From NCBI GenBank assembly GCA_963665295.1, contig OY762209.1:3712001-3776000 (forward strand): DNA of 64,000 nucleotides, written 5' to 3'. Position 1 is the stretch's first letter. Each line of letters starts with the position of its first letter. The notes under the pieces are model-generated. The model saw nothing but the letters and a program-made list of their open reading frames with translations. It made no database searches and was not told the origin of the DNA. This document shows, in pieces, positions 1 through 9,158 of this stretch. This DNA comes from Syntrophorhabdaceae bacterium (lineage in GTDB: Bacteria > Desulfobacterota > Syntrophorhabdia > Syntrophorhabdales > Syntrophorhabdaceae). The translations under genes were made by a program, and so were the position numbers.

Positions 1-179
1 ATTGCATCCCCTCTTTCAAGTTCGTCCCAGGAGAACACCAGAGACGACCCTTCAGCATAGGCATCGTCCACCTGGCTCTTTGGGATCCACGCTTCGTCCC
101 CATCAACCTCGATAAGAACCGCCTTTTCCGTTTCCTTGAGAAACTTGCATTTAACGTCAACGAGTTCGTGTTGAGGCAT
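1..179 (-). CDS. Small phage protein, partial (runs off the left edge)
   Basis: ATG at 179 just after the stop of the upstream gene; reads MPQHELVDVKCKFLKETEKAVLIEVDGDEAWIPKSQ, a common small phage protein pattern. Confidence 0.6.
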   Translation of the reverse strand, partial: MPQHELVDVKCKFLKETEKAVLIEVDGDEAWIPKSQVDDAYAEGSSLVFSWDELERGDA

Positions 180-181
180 GG

Positions 182-1609
182 CTACGCCGCCTTTTCCCCT
201 CTCAACCGGGCTGAAGTATCAGCAGCAAAGGCCAGCAATTCCCGTTTGTCGTCTCCGAGTACCTTCCCCTCGGCTATCTTCTGGTTGGCTTCTTTCGAGA
301 GAGCCCTAAACGCCGTGGCGTCTTTGCATTTGCCAAATTCCGATTTGTAATGGTCGCGGATCACCGCGGACTCAAGGGCGGGATTACTCCTTTCCTCCAT
401 ATTCTCGTCAAGGTTGGCTCCGGGATCGTCATCCACGCGGTTACCTTGATCGTCAAATTCTTCGAGTTCGGGGATGAATTCCTCTGGCCCTGCCGCGGTC
501 GTCTGCGTCATAGGGGGTGGAGGTTCCTTGACCGGCGTAGGCGGGGGCTCGTGCTTGAGGGTGTATGGCCGCTCCACGGGTCTCTCAGGTTCTGGTGCCG
601 GGGGGAGGGCCGCAGGCTCTTCAATGGGATTACCGGCAAGAAGAGCCTGCGCCTGATTTCCCCGCTCAAGGACCTTCTGCGGTTCGTAGGCAAGCATGAG
701 GCTGAAGAAATCAATGTCGGCTTCGAGGTATATCAGGTCCTGCTCGGCCGTCTTCATTTCCCCTTGCTGCACGTCGAACCGGTGTATCTCTTCGTCCCCA
801 ACCTTGCGGATATACATAATGGGTTTCTTTGTCGCGTGATCGATAAGACCCTGTATCCTTCCCGTGGCCTTTCCCACCAACTGCAGCTTGCTTTTCATCT
901 GCAGGAAGGACAGAATGGATGTGCTGTGAATCTGCCATACGCCGAGGCCCCTTGTGCCGGGGATAACCGCTTGAACATAGCCCTTGAACTTACAGGTGCC
1001 GTTCTTGTATTCCTTGCATTCCTCCGGCCGGCACGGCCCTCTTTCCTGCGACTGTCGCCCCCCGAAGAGGCGCTTTCCTTTTTCCAGGGGAACAGGCTCC
1101 ATGCATATGCGACAGTACCCGTTCTCTCCCGTCTCCGCGTCGCGGGTCCTCTTGTATTCGCTCCAGAACTTCCGTTCCCGGGCAGACCAGCACTCAAGGC
1201 CGTGTGGGATATTCTCAAACCAATCAGCGGACAAAAAGACAACCGGTATCGTTCTGATCTTGCCGTCCTTGTCGGCGTAGAGATCGTGCAGTATCTTCGC
1301 GTTCTCGGGATTGGTCCGGCAGTCAATTTCTCTGACTGTGAAATAGTCCTGGTTCTCCGGTGTGAGCTTGGAGCCTCCTCGGACGTTCTTGCCTATCGCT
1401 TTCTCGATATCGTCCCAGGAAGCACCCTTTTCGACCATCCCGGTATAAACCTTCATGTCCTGCTCATATGCGGCCCTTTCCTCCTCCGTGGCGTTCTTCG
1501 ACGGCCGCACCAGGCGCTTTATCCCGCTACGCAGGTTACCGAGGACCGGCATGCTTTGAAATCCGGGCTTCTTTCCTTTTAAAAGGTCGTCTCTCCAATC
1601 GTTTATCAT
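182..1609 (-). CDS. Gp3-like / recombination-directionality-factor-like protein (candidate recombination protein)
   Basis: GGAGG RBS; Cys cluster (C-x4-C-x6-C) and GLGVWQIHSTS motif; Pro/acidic C-terminal tail; follows the SbcCD-like pair. Confidence 0.6.
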   Translation of the reverse strand: MINDWRDDLLKGKKPGFQSMPVLGNLRSGIKRLVRPSKNATEEERAAYEQDMKVYTGMVEKGASWDDIEKAIGKNVRGGSKLTPENQDYFTVREIDCRTNPENAKILHDLYADKDGKIRTIPVVFLSADWFENIPHGLECWSARERKFWSEYKRTRDAETGENGYCRICMEPVPLEKGKRLFGGRQSQERGPCRPEECKEYKNGTCKFKGYVQAVIPGTRGLGVWQIHSTSILSFLQMKSKLQLVGKATGRIQGLIDHATKKPIMYIRKVGDEEIHRFDVQQGEMKTAEQDLIYLEADIDFFSLMLAYEPQKVLERGNQAQALLAGNPIEEPAALPPAPEPERPVERPYTLKHEPPPTPVKEPPPPMTQTTAAGPEEFIPELEEFDDQGNRVDDDPGANLDENMEERSNPALESAVIRDHYKSEFGKCKDATAFRALSKEANQKIAEGKVLGDDKRELLAFAADTSARLRGEKAA

Positions 1610-1620
1610 GGTGTTCCTCC

Positions 1621-4017
1621 TCAGTTTGTAATAACTTCCACTCTCCCCTGCTCAAGCCGTATCACCGCGTCCGCCATGGCCTGAAGCTCTGGTGTCTGAG
1701 TAATACAATAAAGGTTCCGATATCCCCCCAATTCCATGGCCCGCCGCATGGCCGCGAAGAACTCCTTCTTCTTGGCGGGGTCCAGGGCGCCGTCTTTCTC
1801 ATCGCTGTATGTCGCGTCGTATTTCCGGCCGGATGTGCTTGCCAGATAAAGGGCGATGGCCTTCGTCATGCTGTCCTCTATCCATGTCTTTTCGCCGCCG
1901 CTCATCTTTCGGATGCTCTTGACTTCGTTGGTCTCGTTGTCGAAGACCGAGATGTCGAACGTCTCCTTGTTCCCTTTACCGTCGGCCTTCGCAATTTGCG
2001 TGTCTATGCGGACCTGGAACCGCCCGCCATACTCCTTCAAAAGCTCGTTTGCGATCGATGCCACTTGGGGCCCGGCGTCGTCGAGTTCAAGCGCGATTAT
2101 GCCGTCATTCCCGAATGCCTTCTCGAGTATTCCCCACTGTGAAGCCTCGCCGCTGAGGTAGTCTATCTTCTGATTCACGTCCTCAAGTTCCGTTGCCGCT
2201 TTTCCGATATCAGCCAGGGCCTGTTCAATGGCGCCGATGGTCTTGGAGTCGGCTTCTTTCTGAACGGTGATCGTTTCAATTTTCCCCTTGATCGTTTCAG
2301 CCGTCTCCAGCAAGACCGCCTTTTTCTGCGTCTGCGTTTCACCGGTTTCGGTAAGGTCAATCAAGTCCATCGTAAGGTCCGCGATCTCTAGGTCAAGGGC
2401 CTCGATCTTCTCCCCTATCTTTGCCTCTTCCCGGTCCTTCTCCGCTTCCAAGGTTTCCTTGTCCTTCCTCAATCCGGGTAGCGACTCCTCGGCGATCTCG
2501 ATACGCGGAAGGATGTTGAGGGCCTTCTGAGCGTTCGAAAGCTTTGTCTCCAGCGTGGTTATGTCACCTTCCCACTTGGTCTTAGACGCCTTTCTCTCTG
2601 TCAACAACTTCTGCAGGGCCGCCTTGTCCGGCAGGGTAGCCTTAAGGGTGCCTATCTTGGTTTTCAGCTCCACGACCCGTGGGTCACTCTGCAGGGCTGT
2701 TTCAAGTTCCTTCTCGAGGGTGGGTATGCTCTTTTTGGCGGTAAGCGCGTCTTTGACGAATCGGCAACCCGCCGCCGTTTCTTCCGAGCACGGGGTGCCT
2801 TCCAGTCTCTTCGCATCCTTCCGCGCATCCTCAAGGGTCTTCGTGGCGAGGTCGATCTTGGTTTTGTGTTCCAGGTTGATCTTTTCGAGGCTATGTTCAA
2901 GGTCTTTAATAGATGCCTCTGTGGCCTGTGCCTTATTGATCTCATCAGTGAGCTTGTCTATTTGTCCGCCCACTGTTGACAGGTTGACCTTTGCCTCTGC
3001 GAGGTCCGTTTCAAATGCCGCCCTGGCGTCGATATACTTCTGGACGTTGCCCCTCTTCCCGGCCAATTCCTCAGCGGAGGTGATCTTAGTGTTCAACTGT
3101 ACGATCTTGTCGTACAGTTCATCGGCTTTGGTCTTCTTCTCTGTTTTTAACTCCTCCTTCGCCGCTTCCTTCGCGACCAGGTCCTTCTCAACCTTTTCCT
3201 TCTGCTCGGCGCGCTCCGTCTCCATCCCTATCTTTACGTCACATTCGTTGACGGCCATCTGCACATCGAAAGCCTGGCTCTGCAGGCCATCGAGGTCCTT
3301 CTCCGCAGTCCCGATTCTCCGAGTAACTGCGTCCAACTCACCCCGCTTCACCTCTTCCCCGTCCACGATCCCCTTCAGGCGGGACCGGTCGAACATAAGG
3401 GTTTCCGTCTTTCCGGCCAAATGTTGCTTTATACGACGTGCCTTCTCTCCGATGATCTTTAAGTTCTCGATGCAGAGCAACTCAGTGAACAATTCCTTTA
3501 TATCTCCCTTGGCATAGTCAGAGAGGGCCTTGGCGTTCTGAGCGCGGAAGACGCTCGTAAAGAACAGTTCGGGTGAGCCCATGATCTTTTCAACGGCTTG
3601 GTCGTAGTTGTCGAGCTTGCCGTCAATGCCCCGTTCGAGGATCCACTTTCCGGGATCTCCGTGTGCCCAATGGTACAGGTATGCTTCCTGCTTCTTCCTC
3701 GCCCCATCGATCAGGACCACGCTTCTATACGTGACCTCGTCCACCTCGAAGATGAATTCCTTCTCCGCGTCGCCGTCCACCTGCTCGTAGTATGAGAACG
3801 CCGACGGTTTATAGCTGCTGTCCCTGCCGTTCATGCGGTATGGCATGAGCCGGTAAGGGTGCATATTGTCCATGATCGTCGTCTTTCCTCCCCCGTTGCG
3901 CGCGGAAAAGGCGATGATACCGGCCGGCAGACTTTCGCAATTCATAATTACTTCATCAAGGCCAATGCCCGCTTTGATTCCCTTAAATCCCTTAAGCCGC
4001 AATGACATCGGACGCAT
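1621..4017 (-). CDS. SbcC/Rad50-like SMC ATPase
   Basis: Walker A ARNGGGKTT, long coiled coil with central Cys pair, signature MSGGE, Walker B-like YSDE; start set at 4017 behind AAGGAGG. Confidence 0.9.
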   Translation of the reverse strand: MRPMSLRLKGFKGIKAGIGLDEVIMNCESLPAGIIAFSARNGGGKTTIMDNMHPYRLMPYRMNGRDSSYKPSAFSYYEQVDGDAEKEFIFEVDEVTYRSVVLIDGARKKQEAYLYHWAHGDPGKWILERGIDGKLDNYDQAVEKIMGSPELFFTSVFRAQNAKALSDYAKGDIKELFTELLCIENLKIIGEKARRIKQHLAGKTETLMFDRSRLKGIVDGEEVKRGELDAVTRRIGTAEKDLDGLQSQAFDVQMAVNECDVKIGMETERAEQKEKVEKDLVAKEAAKEELKTEKKTKADELYDKIVQLNTKITSAEELAGKRGNVQKYIDARAAFETDLAEAKVNLSTVGGQIDKLTDEINKAQATEASIKDLEHSLEKINLEHKTKIDLATKTLEDARKDAKRLEGTPCSEETAAGCRFVKDALTAKKSIPTLEKELETALQSDPRVVELKTKIGTLKATLPDKAALQKLLTERKASKTKWEGDITTLETKLSNAQKALNILPRIEIAEESLPGLRKDKETLEAEKDREEAKIGEKIEALDLEIADLTMDLIDLTETGETQTQKKAVLLETAETIKGKIETITVQKEADSKTIGAIEQALADIGKAATELEDVNQKIDYLSGEASQWGILEKAFGNDGIIALELDDAGPQVASIANELLKEYGGRFQVRIDTQIAKADGKGNKETFDISVFDNETNEVKSIRKMSGGEKTWIEDSMTKAIALYLASTSGRKYDATYSDEKDGALDPAKKKEFFAAMRRAMELGGYRNLYCITQTPELQAMADAVIRLEQGRVEVITN

Positions 4018-5254
4018 AGTCAGCCTCCTTCTTTTCTCCGTAAAGCTCGTCAATTATGGTTTCCGGTTCCATACCGATAAAACCGAGCATGTGATAGACC
4101 GCGGGCTCTATGGTCTGTCCGGTTGTCTCCCCCCACTTCGCCAACTTGGCCTCCAGCGACTGCTCTTTGCTGATGCCTTCAGCCCTGACCCTGACCGTGG
4201 GGATTATTACTTTCTCAATCTTCACGTCCGTAGCGCCCTTCTCCATGGCAGCGGCTATGATAGCCTGCTCGTCCACCTTGCCGACATCGGCCTCGGCGAC
4301 CGTGTAGACGATCCTGACGTTCTCCCCTTCCTGCACGTCTTCGACGCTCTCAATGCCGGGAAGCCCTTCTTGTCTTATGGTGCGCATGACCCGGGCGGGG
4401 GTAACGATTGTCCGTGATGAGACGTAACCCCCTACTTCTATCTCGTGGATAAGGAATCCTTTCTCTTCCGTCTCTCCGTGGTTCAGGCGGGTGATTGACC
4501 CACTATAATGGATGCTTCCCCATGACTGCGCTTTGTGAATGTGGCCCAGGCAATACACGTCACAGGCGGCAAGCCGTAAGTCCCCGGTCGTAAATTCCAA
4601 ATCTTTTCCCGTCATTACCTGACCCGTGGAGAGTTCCGAACCCGTAACAGTTCCATGACCCACAAGGACCGTCGGTATCCCCTCGTCTCCCGCCTGCTCA
4701 TTGACGACGCCCCACGCCTGGAACATGTCCCTCATCAGGTCCTGGACTTCGCGCGTGGTGTCCGCGACCGAGCCCGACGTGTAGGCAAGGACGTTGCCCT
4801 TGCTGATGGTGGGGAGGCAGGAGATAATAGCCCGATGATAAGTGCCTAATGATGGTGTCTCGCTCAAAGTGATGAAGTCCGTCCTGTCGCCGTTATTCAT
4901 GAGTGCTATCTGTTCCGGCCGCTCCGTCACATAAATCGGATAAGCCGTCCGCAACCGCGCCATGGCGTCGAGCGCCCCCGGGCCGTCATGCGTGGGGGTG
5001 CCTCTGACTATAATGGTGGGCGCGATCATGCCGCAGCCGTAAACGAAATCTACCGCGGCCATGTGGGCGGGGCTCCCGATCATGATTCCCTCAGGCGAGG
5101 CCAAGAAATCGACCAAGTCGCCAGCGAGGGCTATGAGGTCCGGCGCCTCCACTCTCAATTCGTTGACGGCGAAGTTGCTGCATTTGATGATGTCGGGTAA
5201 AACTTGGGGCTTGTTCATAAAATGCAAATCTGCGAAGTGTGCGACTCTAAACAT
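3992..5254 (-). CDS. SbcD/Mre11-like metallophosphoesterase nuclease
   Basis: Motifs ADLH, AGDL, GTPTHD, VGHG, LGHIH, YSGS; strong RBS; adjacent to the SbcC-like gene. Confidence 0.9.
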   Translation of the reverse strand: MFRVAHFADLHFMNKPQVLPDIIKCSNFAVNELRVEAPDLIALAGDLVDFLASPEGIMIGSPAHMAAVDFVYGCGMIAPTIIVRGTPTHDGPGALDAMARLRTAYPIYVTERPEQIALMNNGDRTDFITLSETPSLGTYHRAIISCLPTISKGNVLAYTSGSVADTTREVQDLMRDMFQAWGVVNEQAGDEGIPTVLVGHGTVTGSELSTGQVMTGKDLEFTTGDLRLAACDVYCLGHIHKAQSWGSIHYSGSITRLNHGETEEKGFLIHEIEVGGYVSSRTIVTPARVMRTIRQEGLPGIESVEDVQEGENVRIVYTVAEADVGKVDEQAIIAAAMEKGATDVKIEKVIIPTVRVRAEGISKEQSLEAKLAKWGETTGQTIEPAVYHMLGFIGMEPETIIDELYGEKKEADYASDVIAA

Positions 5255-5399
5255 GTCCTCCTCCTAATTTCTGCCTCCTCAAAGAATCTCAGGGAAGGAC
5301 CGGAGGAGTGACGGCCCTTTTCGGGTGCCCCCTATCCCTGAGTTGGGCTTGATTGCCCCGGTTACGACCTCAGTCCCATCTGGTGACGGGTGCCGTCGC

Positions 5400-5909
5400 T
5401 CATTTTGTCACCTCAAACGCCAGCCGGACCACCACGGGGTTGTTCTCCCATGGATGGGTTTTGCCGTTTATGGAGTCCCAAAGGGTGCGAAACCAGTCCA
5501 CATGACACATAGGGCCTCGTTCGTGAAACTCAGGGAAGCCCGAGCGTTCTTTGTCTCCTTCCCTCTTGGCATCGTCAGGCGTGATCCACTGTAATAGTTC
5601 CTGCCTTGCGTCGTCCGTGGCCACACAGCGAAGTCTGACAAACTCCCGCGGCATATATATGGAGGGAATGTGCTTAACCTTCCACTTCCATTCCGATGGC
5701 TGGGGAGGAATGTAACCGTCTGCCGCGTACTGGACCCATCGGCCGTAGGAAGGATTGAGGAAGGGCACAAGCGCCTCCTGAATCTCCAGAATGTCCCCGG
5801 CCTTCACCTTCATGTACTTCTCGCTGATGCGCCGGGTGACGGTCTTCTTCCTGCCTTCTCGGATTGCCAGAACGTTACCGCCGGTCATGGGAAGGAGGAT
5901 ATGGTTCAC
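5400..5909 (-). CDS. ASCH/PUA-like phage protein
   Basis: IREGRKKTVTRR, GDILEIQE, PSIYMPRE, ITPDDAKREG, WENNPVV motifs. Confidence 0.7.
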   Translation of the reverse strand: MNHILLPMTGGNVLAIREGRKKTVTRRISEKYMKVKAGDILEIQEALVPFLNPSYGRWVQYAADGYIPPQPSEWKWKVKHIPSIYMPREFVRLRCVATDDARQELLQWITPDDAKREGDKERSGFPEFHERGPMCHVDWFRTLWDSINGKTHPWENNPVVVRLAFEVTK

Positions 5910-6091
5910 CGCGTCACCCCCAAAGCGGTCCTCTCTGCCCTCTCCAGTTCCGTGGTCACCGGAGACTGCATTACCCGGTCACGCGCCTTTTCGTCCTTCA
6001 TCCAGAATGCGCCCCAAATGAGGGCCGTTACTGCGACGATCAGGACCATAACGACCAGGGCGCCGCCTTCAACGTGATTCTCTTCACGCAT
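5906..6091 (-). CDS. Small single-pass membrane protein
   Basis: Hydrophobic stretch ALVVMVLIVAVTALIWGAFW; overlaps neighbours in the operon. Confidence 0.55.
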   Translation of the reverse strand: MREENHVEGGALVVMVLIVAVTALIWGAFWMKDEKARDRVMQSPVTTELERAERTALGVTR

Positions 6092-6341
6092 AAATCCCCC
6101 TTTCCTTGAGGTATTTGACAATCTCTCGCGCCATCGCCTCTTCCGAGGGCGCCGGGTAGGTGACGAGGATATTCAGGAGATGACCTTCCAGAGCGTCCAC
6201 ACACCGGCAAGTCGGGTCGAAACGGCACGCTATTTTCACCCCTCGCTCGTCCACCGGTTCGCAGAGTGTCGAGTGTTCGTGCTCGCCCTTATGGCCGCAG
6301 TATTCTGACGGGCAATTCTTATGAGTCGGGCTAACCATCAT
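6084..6341 (-). CDS. Small Cys/His-rich hypothetical protein
   Basis: Coupled ORF in the early left operon. Confidence 0.5.
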   Translation of the reverse strand: MMVSPTHKNCPSEYCGHKGEHEHSTLCEPVDERGVKIACRFDPTCRCVDALEGHLLNILVTYPAPSEEAMAREIVKYLKERGIYA

Positions 6342-6613
6342 AGTCCCGCCTGAAGGGTCTTTATGAGTCCCCGGAGCGCGGGCTTCGACAGCAACGTGCC
6401 GCCGGTTCTGGTGACCTTGCCGTCCCGTGTGATATAGGAGTTGATGGTCATACTCCCATCGGGATTGAGGCTTATGGTCTGAATCTGGTTAATTGTCTCG
6501 TAAAACACGGTTTCATTTCGCCCGGGGCCTATCTCCGACACACGGGTCGGCATGGTGGTCCGTCCGCAAATCATGGCCTTAATCATCTGGTTGTTCCCTC
6601 CTTGTTTTGGCAC
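6338..6613 (-). CDS. Hypothetical protein (start uncertain)
   Basis: Coupled ORF in the early left operon. Confidence 0.45.
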   Translation of the reverse strand: MPKQGGNNQMIKAMICGRTTMPTRVSEIGPGRNETVFYETINQIQTISLNPDGSMTINSYITRDGKVTRTGGTLLSKPALRGLIKTLQAGL

Positions 6614-6826
6614 TCGCTTCAGATAAGTCCCGCATCTTCGGCGCGGTCATAGTTCACATCTACGTTGAGAACGCTCATAGATGCTCTCACGCGGATACGA
6701 CCTTCCGAGAGTATGTTTGTCCGGGGCATCCAAACCGGCGGTCTTGAGATTGAATCTGCGAGCTTGAACATTTTTTCATTCATATTCTTCCGTCCTTGTT
6801 TGCTTTCGGGTGTGGGTCATGAATAC

Positions 6827-6878
6827 AGATTAATCCATGGATTATTTAAATGTCAAGCTAAAAATAATCTAGAGATTA
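6827..6878 (-). promoter_or_regulatory. PL/OL-like leftward promoter with two operators TAATC-N4-GATTA
   Basis: Palindromes at 6831-6844 and 6865-6878 flank a minus-strand TTGACA (6856-6851); same motif at 10972 and 11006. Confidence 0.75.
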
Positions 6879-6961
6879 AGGTAATAAACTGCACGACTGA
6901 ACTATTTGAGGAAGGCAAGCATTTCCTGCAGGCAATCCTTCGTTTGTCACCTGATTTGGGC

Positions 6962-7032
6962 GGTACCGAAAAAAGGTGTTTGCCGATACCTGCAAAAAAT
7001 ACCTTGACAAATGGTACCATATGCGGTACCGT
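6962..7032 (+). promoter_or_regulatory. hicAB promoter with GGTACC palindromes (probable HicB operators)
   Basis: TTGACA 7004-7009, TACCGT 17 nt later; GGTACC at 6962, 7013 and 7025. Confidence 0.55.
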
Positions 7033-7066
7033 AGTTAATACAATCTGATTGGTACATGGGTAGCCG

Positions 7067-7333
7067 ATGGCGAAAGGTCCACACGTCAAACTGTTGAGTA
7101 AGGCTAGGAATAATGCAGCAGGGTTAAGGTTTTCCGAACTGCAGAGGCTTTGCGAGGCGTTAGGAATGACACTCGACCGGGTGAGCGGATCACATTTCAT
7201 TTACAAACACGAAAATCCACCGTTTATTATGTCCATTCAGCAGATGCCGGATGGGAAGGCAAAGCCTTATCAGGTTAAGCAGTTGTTGAGTTTCGTAGAT
7301 AAATTCAACTTAAGTGGAGAGAGCGATGTTTAA
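7067..7333 (+). CDS. hicA: HicA-family mRNA interferase toxin
   Basis: LRFSELQRLCEALG...SGSHFIYKH...GKAKPYQVKQ. Confidence 0.9.
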   Translation: MAKGPHVKLLSKARNNAAGLRFSELQRLCEALGMTLDRVSGSHFIYKHENPPFIMSIQQMPDGKAKPYQVKQLLSFVDKFNLSGESDV

Positions 7334-7826
7334 GTATTCGGTCGTTGTTAAATGGAGCGACGAGGACGGTGGATTTATTGCGACCGTTCCGGAACTTGAA
7401 GGACTTAGTGCCTTCGGAGAAACCCACGATGACGCTGTGAAGGAACTTATGTTCGCAGCGGAAGCGTATATGCTTACTTTGAGGGAATCGGGACAGGAAA
7501 TCCCAACGCCCGAGAAGATCGTTCCTTACAGTGGACAACTCAGATTGAGACTGCCTAAGAGCTTACACGGGAAACTGGCCGCAGAGGCCGAAAGCGATGG
7601 CGTTTCTTTGAACACCTATCTCGTATCACTTCTTGCTCGTCGTCAAGGGGAACGAGATACGGTGGACAGCTTCGTCAAGCACATTCTTGAGGCCTTTAGA
7701 ATGGCGGTTCAGGCCCCATATAAAATTGACTCGGATCAGGATTCATCAAGATACAACGCAACGGAAACATTAAAAGAAGAGGCGGGTTCACCCAATCTTC
7801 TTTTAATTGTGGGAGGGAAATCCTGA
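7326..7826 (+). CDS. hicB: HicB-family antitoxin with RHH domain and ~55-aa C-terminal extension
   Basis: YSVVVKWSDEDGGFIATVPELEGLSAFGET; YSGQLRLRLPKSLHGKL...GVSLNTY. Confidence 0.9.
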   Translation: MFKYSVVVKWSDEDGGFIATVPELEGLSAFGETHDDAVKELMFAAEAYMLTLRESGQEIPTPEKIVPYSGQLRLRLPKSLHGKLAAEAESDGVSLNTYLVSLLARRQGERDTVDSFVKHILEAFRMAVQAPYKIDSDQDSSRYNATETLKEEAGSPNLLLIVGGKS

Positions 7827-8230
7827 TGATAAAGCACATCTGGTCCATCCTGTGTGAGAAGGTTGTTACAGATAAGGACACAGGCGTCACGAGTTACTTA
7901 AGCGCTATCGAAGCGATTATTGTGAAGAGCGTGCCAGTTACCATGCCGTTCCTCGCCCTGGGAAGCTTGTGGCGGACAGATAATCCGGCGGGAGATAACC
8001 TGCAATTCAGAGTGTCGCTCATTCATCCTGAAAGCAAATGGGAAAAACAGTTGGTGACATCTGAGGGTACCTTGCTTGTGACAAAAAGGTATCGCTCTAA
8101 TGTTGTGATGAACGGTTCTGAATTCGTACAAGCAGGGACGTACATGTTCAAGGTTGAGGTATGCAACAATGGGAAATGGGAACAAGTCGCAGAGATACCG
8201 TTCGATGTCACTGTTGCTACGGAAAAATAG
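7826..8230 (+). CDS. DUF6941-like beta-rich protein, third gene of the hicAB operon
   Basis: TGATG overlap with hicB; ILCEKVVTD..TG and AGTYMFKVEV pattern. Confidence 0.6.
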   Translation: MIKHIWSILCEKVVTDKDTGVTSYLSAIEAIIVKSVPVTMPFLALGSLWRTDNPAGDNLQFRVSLIHPESKWEKQLVTSEGTLLVTKRYRSNVVMNGSEFVQAGTYMFKVEVCNNGKWEQVAEIPFDVTVATEK

Positions 8231-8273
8231 GGCACAAGGAAAGACAGCGAAAGGGCATCTGGATGAACGAGAG

Positions 8274-9158
8274 TCATTCCAATTGGCCTCCGCGTTCTTT
8301 GACCCATTCGAGAAGTGGCGCCGGTAGAGACGCCATTTTGGCTACACCAAACGCCTTGAACTGCTTGCCTTCCAGAAGCAAAACCGCATAAACGCCCAGA
8401 CCGCCTTTATCGATAGTGAAAGCTGCTTCTTCCGTGCCGCAGCTATGTGGAGCACAGCCTGATCCTATGTAATAGCTGTCTGCGGCCCGAAGCGTAGTCG
8501 ATACGCTCAGATTGGAGTAAAAGTTGTCATAGTTGGCCGAAAGTAGCGTCTTGAACCTTTGGGCAATGATTGGCTCCTTAAATATCTCTGTGGGGTGTAG
8601 ACCAACATACTTGTCCAAAACTGGAAATCGCTGGTGAGCAGGTGATGCTGGCTGTTCGGGTTTGAAGGCATCCTTGGCAGCAAATACAAGGAGCACTTCT
8701 GCAAGGGGCGCGTATCCGCGCAGTTCAACCAAGTGCTGTTTTGTGTCGTCGGTCGTCTGCGACGTATATTGCACTCGGCTCTTGAGATGCCCTCCAGAAG
8801 GTTCATACTCAACGAGCTCGGACAGACGTACGGGCGTATTGCCGATGGTTTGGACAAGCTTGTCTGGGAGTTTTGCTTCCAACGAAGCCTCGCATGTATA
8901 CTTGTCGAGTTTATCATCACGATTGGCAGTGCGGATCATTGTGACGGTGATCTGTACTGCACTTGTGATTTGGTCCGCTAACGATTTGTCCAGACCGCTG
9001 GCAACAGCCTGTTTTTGAAGGGCATCATGGAAAATCTGTCTAACCAGATCGATGCTTTTGGGATCGGCACATGGCGGGGTTTTCGCACCGCACCCAGCGA
9101 GAGTGAAAATGGCAATGTTGACGGTGATCAATGTAATAAGAAGCGCATGACGTTTCAT
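8274..9158 (-). CDS. Lipoprotein with C-terminal Ivy-like (lysozyme inhibitor-like) motif
   Basis: Signal peptide with lipobox LAGC; SGCAPHSCG resembles the Ivy loop CKPHDC. Confidence 0.6.
   Translation of the reverse strand: MKRHALLITLITVNIAIFTLAGCGAKTPPCADPKSIDLVRQIFHDALQKQAVASGLDKSLADQITSAVQITVTMIRTANRDDKLDKYTCEASLEAKLPDKLVQTIGNTPVRLSELVEYEPSGGHLKSRVQYTSQTTDDTKQHLVELRGYAPLAEVLLVFAAKDAFKPEQPASPAHQRFPVLDKYVGLHPTEIFKEPIIAQRFKTLLSANYDNFYSNLSVSTTLRAADSYYIGSGCAPHSCGTEEAAFTIDKGGLGVYAVLLLEGKQFKAFGVAKMASLPAPLLEWVKERGGQLE

Noticed and set aside
350..3517. Long plus-strand ORFs 350-1582 and 2555-3517
   Set aside because: Antisense shadows of well-supported minus-strand genes; no motifs
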